Assembly (NCBI RefSeq): GCF_006345805.1
Contig: NW_021836686.1
Location: 1 to 22,942, forward strand
Reading direction: 5' to 3'
Source of the DNA: Octopus sinensis
Lineage: Eukaryota
DNA: 22,942 nucleotides
Below, piece after piece: positions 19,772-22,942 of this stretch (position 1 is its first letter; each line of letters opens with the position of its first letter). Under the pieces are notes generated by a model that did no database searches, was not told the origin of the DNA, and saw only the letters and a list, made by a program, of their open reading frames with translations. The position numbers and the translations under genes were made by a program.

Positions 19772-20131
19772 AAGGAATTTATCATACTTTTTGAACAGAT
19801 ATCGGGATTTTTAAAGAATTATGAAGAGAAGGTGTACTTCTGTAAAATACCAAACTATTCTTAATTATAGAAAGGAGTAAATAAGTTACACTCAACTCAG
19901 GTTAAATATAACAGGGTATAAATATATTATAGCACCTTACTCCCGCTCAGTAAGGAATTTATCATACTTTTTGAACAGATATCGGGATTTTTAAAGAATT
20001 ATGAAGAGAAGGTGTACTTCTGTAAAATACCAAACTACTCTTAATTATAGCTAGAAGTAAATAAGTTACATTCAACTCAGGTTAGATATAACAGGGTATA
20101 AATATATTATAGCACCTTATTCCCGCTCAGT
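19772..20131. repeat. Tandem duplication, 2 x 180 bp
   Basis: AAGGAATTTATCATAC starts at 19772 and 19952. 7 substitutions by manual count, no indels. Confidence 0.95.
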
Positions 20132-20160
20132 ATAACAAGGATGCCCAACACCTCTTTAAT

Positions 20161-20840
20161 GTGGAGGCACATGGCCTAGTGGTTAGAGCAGCGGTCGAGG
20201 GATCGCGGGTTCGAATCTCAGACCGGGCGATGTGTGTGTTTATGAGCAAAACACCTAAGCTCATCGCGGCTCCGGCAGAAGGTAATGGCGAACTTCTGCT
20301 GACTCTTTCGCCCTTGTTTACCAACCACATGGTTCCGGGTTCAGTCCCACTGCGTGGCACCTTGGGCAAGTCTCTTCTACTATAGCCTCGGGCCGACCAA
20401 AGCCTTGTGAGTGGATTTGGTAGACGGAAACTGAAAGAAGCCCGTCGTATATATGTATATATATATGCGTGTGTGTGTTTGTGCGTCTGTGTTTGTCCCC
20501 CTAGCATTGCTTGACAACGGATGCTGGTGTGTTTATGTCCCCGTTACTTAGCGGTTCGGCAAAAGAGACCGATAGAATAAGTACTGGGCTTACAAAAGAA
20601 TAAGTCCCGGGGCCGAGTTGCTCGATTAAAGGTGGTGCTCCAGCATGGCTGCAGTCAAATGACTGAAACAAGTAAAAGAGTAAGAGTAAGAGAGTAACTT
20701 TCTCTCGCTCTTTTCCTCCTGCATCTTGCAGCTCACCTGCGACTGACCGGCGTCCCGTCCAGGTGGGGAACCTATACGCCAAGGAAACCGGGAAAATGGC
20801 CCTTATGAGCCAGGCATGGCTCGAGAAGGAACAAACAAAA
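20161..20840 (+). mobile_element. SINE with family X head and tail Q, interrupted by a CORE-like SINE
   Basis: Perfect 14-bp TSD AACACCTCTTTAAT (20147-20160 / 20841-20854). Confidence 0.88.
20313..20696 (+). mobile_element. 5'-truncated CORE-like SINE nested in the X/Q SINE
   Basis: Runs from CTTGTTTACCAACCACATGG to the (GAGTAA)n tail. Confidence 0.9.
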
Positions 20841-21346
20841 AACACCTCTTTAATATTGGGTTGTCAGATAAATTCGTTCGTTTCTTTCCAATGCTATTTG
20901 AACAAACACAAAACATATTTTATCGTGTTTTATGAGTTTCGTAGTTTTATTATTTCTCTCCATCTTTTTTTATTATCATGTTTGAAATTTGAATAAATTC
21001 TACTTCTTTCAAGATATGTAACAATGGAGCGAAAAGTCGAGGGAAAAATGTATATTTATAACCTCCAACTGCTGTCAATTGACAAGTGTCAATTTGTAAT
21101 ACTTAAATCATGTAAAATGTAATAACGAGCTATAAAAAAATGATGTAAATATATAACACTTAATGCTAGCTGTCCACAACAATGTTAATCTATAACAACC
21201 AACCGTTACTAAATATAACGAAAGTAAACAGTCACTAATGTTGCTGGATAAATAGCTTGGAGTGCAGCGAAACCAACGTTGAAGAAGTTAAATCTCTCTC
21301 AGAACATCTCCAACGTCTAAAAAGGAAGGTCTTGCTGGATAGTACA

Positions 21347-21951
21347 TATTTCTTTACTGCCCACAAGGGGCTAAACACAGAGGGGACAAACAAGGACAGA
21401 CACACGGATTACGTCGATTACATCGACCCCAGTGCGTAACTGGTACTTATTTAATCGACCCCGAAAGGATGAAAGGCAAAGTCGACCTCGGCGGAATTTG
21501 AACTCACAACGTAGCGGCAGACGAAATACCTATTTCTTTACTACCCACAAGGGGCTAAACACAGAGAGGACAAACAAGGACAGACAAAGGGATTAAGTCA
21601 ATTACATCGACCCCAGTGCGTAACTAGTACTTATTTAATCAACCCCGAAAGGATGAAAGGCAAAGTCGACCTCGGTGGAATTTGAACTCAGAACGTAACG
21701 ACAGACGAATTACCTATTTCTTTACTACCCACAAGGGGTTAAACACAGAAGGGACAAACAAGGACAGACAGACGGATTAAGTCGATTATATCGAACCCCG
21801 TGCGTGACTGGTACTTAATTTATCGATCCCGAAAGGATGAAAGGCAAAGTCGACCTCGGCGGAATTTGAACTCAGAACGTAGCGGCAGACGAAAAACCGC
21901 TAAGAATTTCACCCGACGTGCTAACGTTTCTGCCAGCTCGCCGCCTTATTA
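21347..21951 (-). mobile_element. Family A SINE multimer: complete head + 3 x 184-bp units
   Basis: Units 21347-21530, 21531-21714, 21715-21898. Head GGCGGCGAGCTGGCAGAAACGTTAGC. Perfect 12-bp TSD CTGGATAGTACA (21335-46 / 21952-63). Confidence 0.93.
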
Positions 21952-22239
21952 CTGGATAGTACAGTCTGGAATCCACTCAATGGATGGGTGTGGAATGACT
22001 ACTTTTGATTAAAAGTTGGTCTACTAGGGCGGAGATTGACTGCGGGACTAAACTATAACAACATTTAAATAATAATACTCTTTCATTGCATCCTTGTCTA
22101 TTCTAGTACTGTAATATCAACACCACTAATGTCTCTGCTGAGACTACTAACAAACCTCTTCTCTTCTAACATTACTAACAACACTACAAACTGTGCAGTT
22201 TACTGTGTTTGTTTTATAAAGGCCATCTCTGTTGAATGT

Positions 22240-22560
22240 TGGCAGACCACATCCAAAGATGTTCCGGACCCATTTAACTAGACGGAGCATCCCCTTTCAG
22301 CCGCCAATCAGGTTTTTTTAAAAAGCAGGCCTGGTCTTGAAGATGACAAAGTTTCTATCCAGTTTTAAGGAAATGGATCGTTTCTTTCCCGAGACAGTGT
22401 TTACTGGATTGAATAACTATGATAACCGCCTCACCTCTTCCAGTACACAGGTGGACGGAATATCTGTGCGTGTAAGTTTGTCGGGTTTGGTAAGGTGTCG
22501 TTGATAACCTGGACCAAAAATTTGAAACTATTATGTCAGACCATCAGAAATCCGATCATG
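22240..22560 (-). pseudogene. Possible highly decayed RTE-clade RT C-terminus
   Basis: Scattered minus-strand peptides (WSDIIVSN, VRRLS, KPDWRLKG) weakly recall RTE ORF ends. Many stops and frameshifts. Confidence 0.25.
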
Positions 22561-22829
22561 TGACCATTCGATGCATTATGATCACCCTATATTGTCCAGT
22601 TATTTGTTAACACATCCTTCCTCACGCATATTCTTTAAAATGTTGCTATTTCTCCTTTAATTGATCTCATTGATCCGGCAGCTTAGAAATCGGCAAATGC
22701 TTGTTCATCTTCTCTTCACCATCGCATCAGGGGCCTTCTGTCTTCGAAGAATCTTCTGTAGCAGTTTGTAAAACTCAGATCCGTGAGAGTACTCGCGGTC
22801 CCACTACAGGAGAACTATATCTAAACATA

Positions 22830-22942
22830 GGGGCTAAACATAGAGGGGACAAACAAGGACAGACAAACGGATTAAGTCGATTACATCGACCCCAGTACGT
22901 AACTGGTACTTAATTTATCGACCCCGAAACGATGAAAGGCAA
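22830..22942 (-). mobile_element. Family A unit, cut by the window edge
   Basis: GGGGCTAAACATAGAGGGGACAAACAAGGACAGAC... near-identical to the array units. Confidence 0.9.

Overview
Eukaryotic, AT-rich, repeat-saturated window with no intact protein-coding gene or RNA gene that I can support. The SINE families look like those I recognise from Octopus, so a cephalopod origin is an inference from memory, not a database result. It is probably intronic or intergenic. Contents: (i) several tRNA-derived SINE families, called X, Y, CORE-like and A here as working labels; (ii) three copies of a MITE with 29-bp GG-terminated TIRs, 8-bp TSDs (Merlin-like) and internal TTAGGG tracts; (iii) decayed coding relics of a Helitron Pif1-like helicase, an R4/Dong-type restriction-like endonuclease, a Tx1/L1-clade ORF2 C-terminus and possibly an RTE; (iv) Penelope-like remnants, one with a minimal hammerhead ribozyme motif and two with fold-back palindromes; (v) many microsatellites, which explain most ORF-track entries. 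The most interesting signal is SINE family A. It occurs as head + n x ~184-bp head-to-tail multimers with a fixed junction. One trimer is flanked by a single 12-bp TSD, two separate arrays share position-specific variants, and the 3' 43 nt match the 3' end of the Tx1-like LINE in the same window. This suggests a multimeric SINE mobilised as a whole by a Tx1-clade partner.
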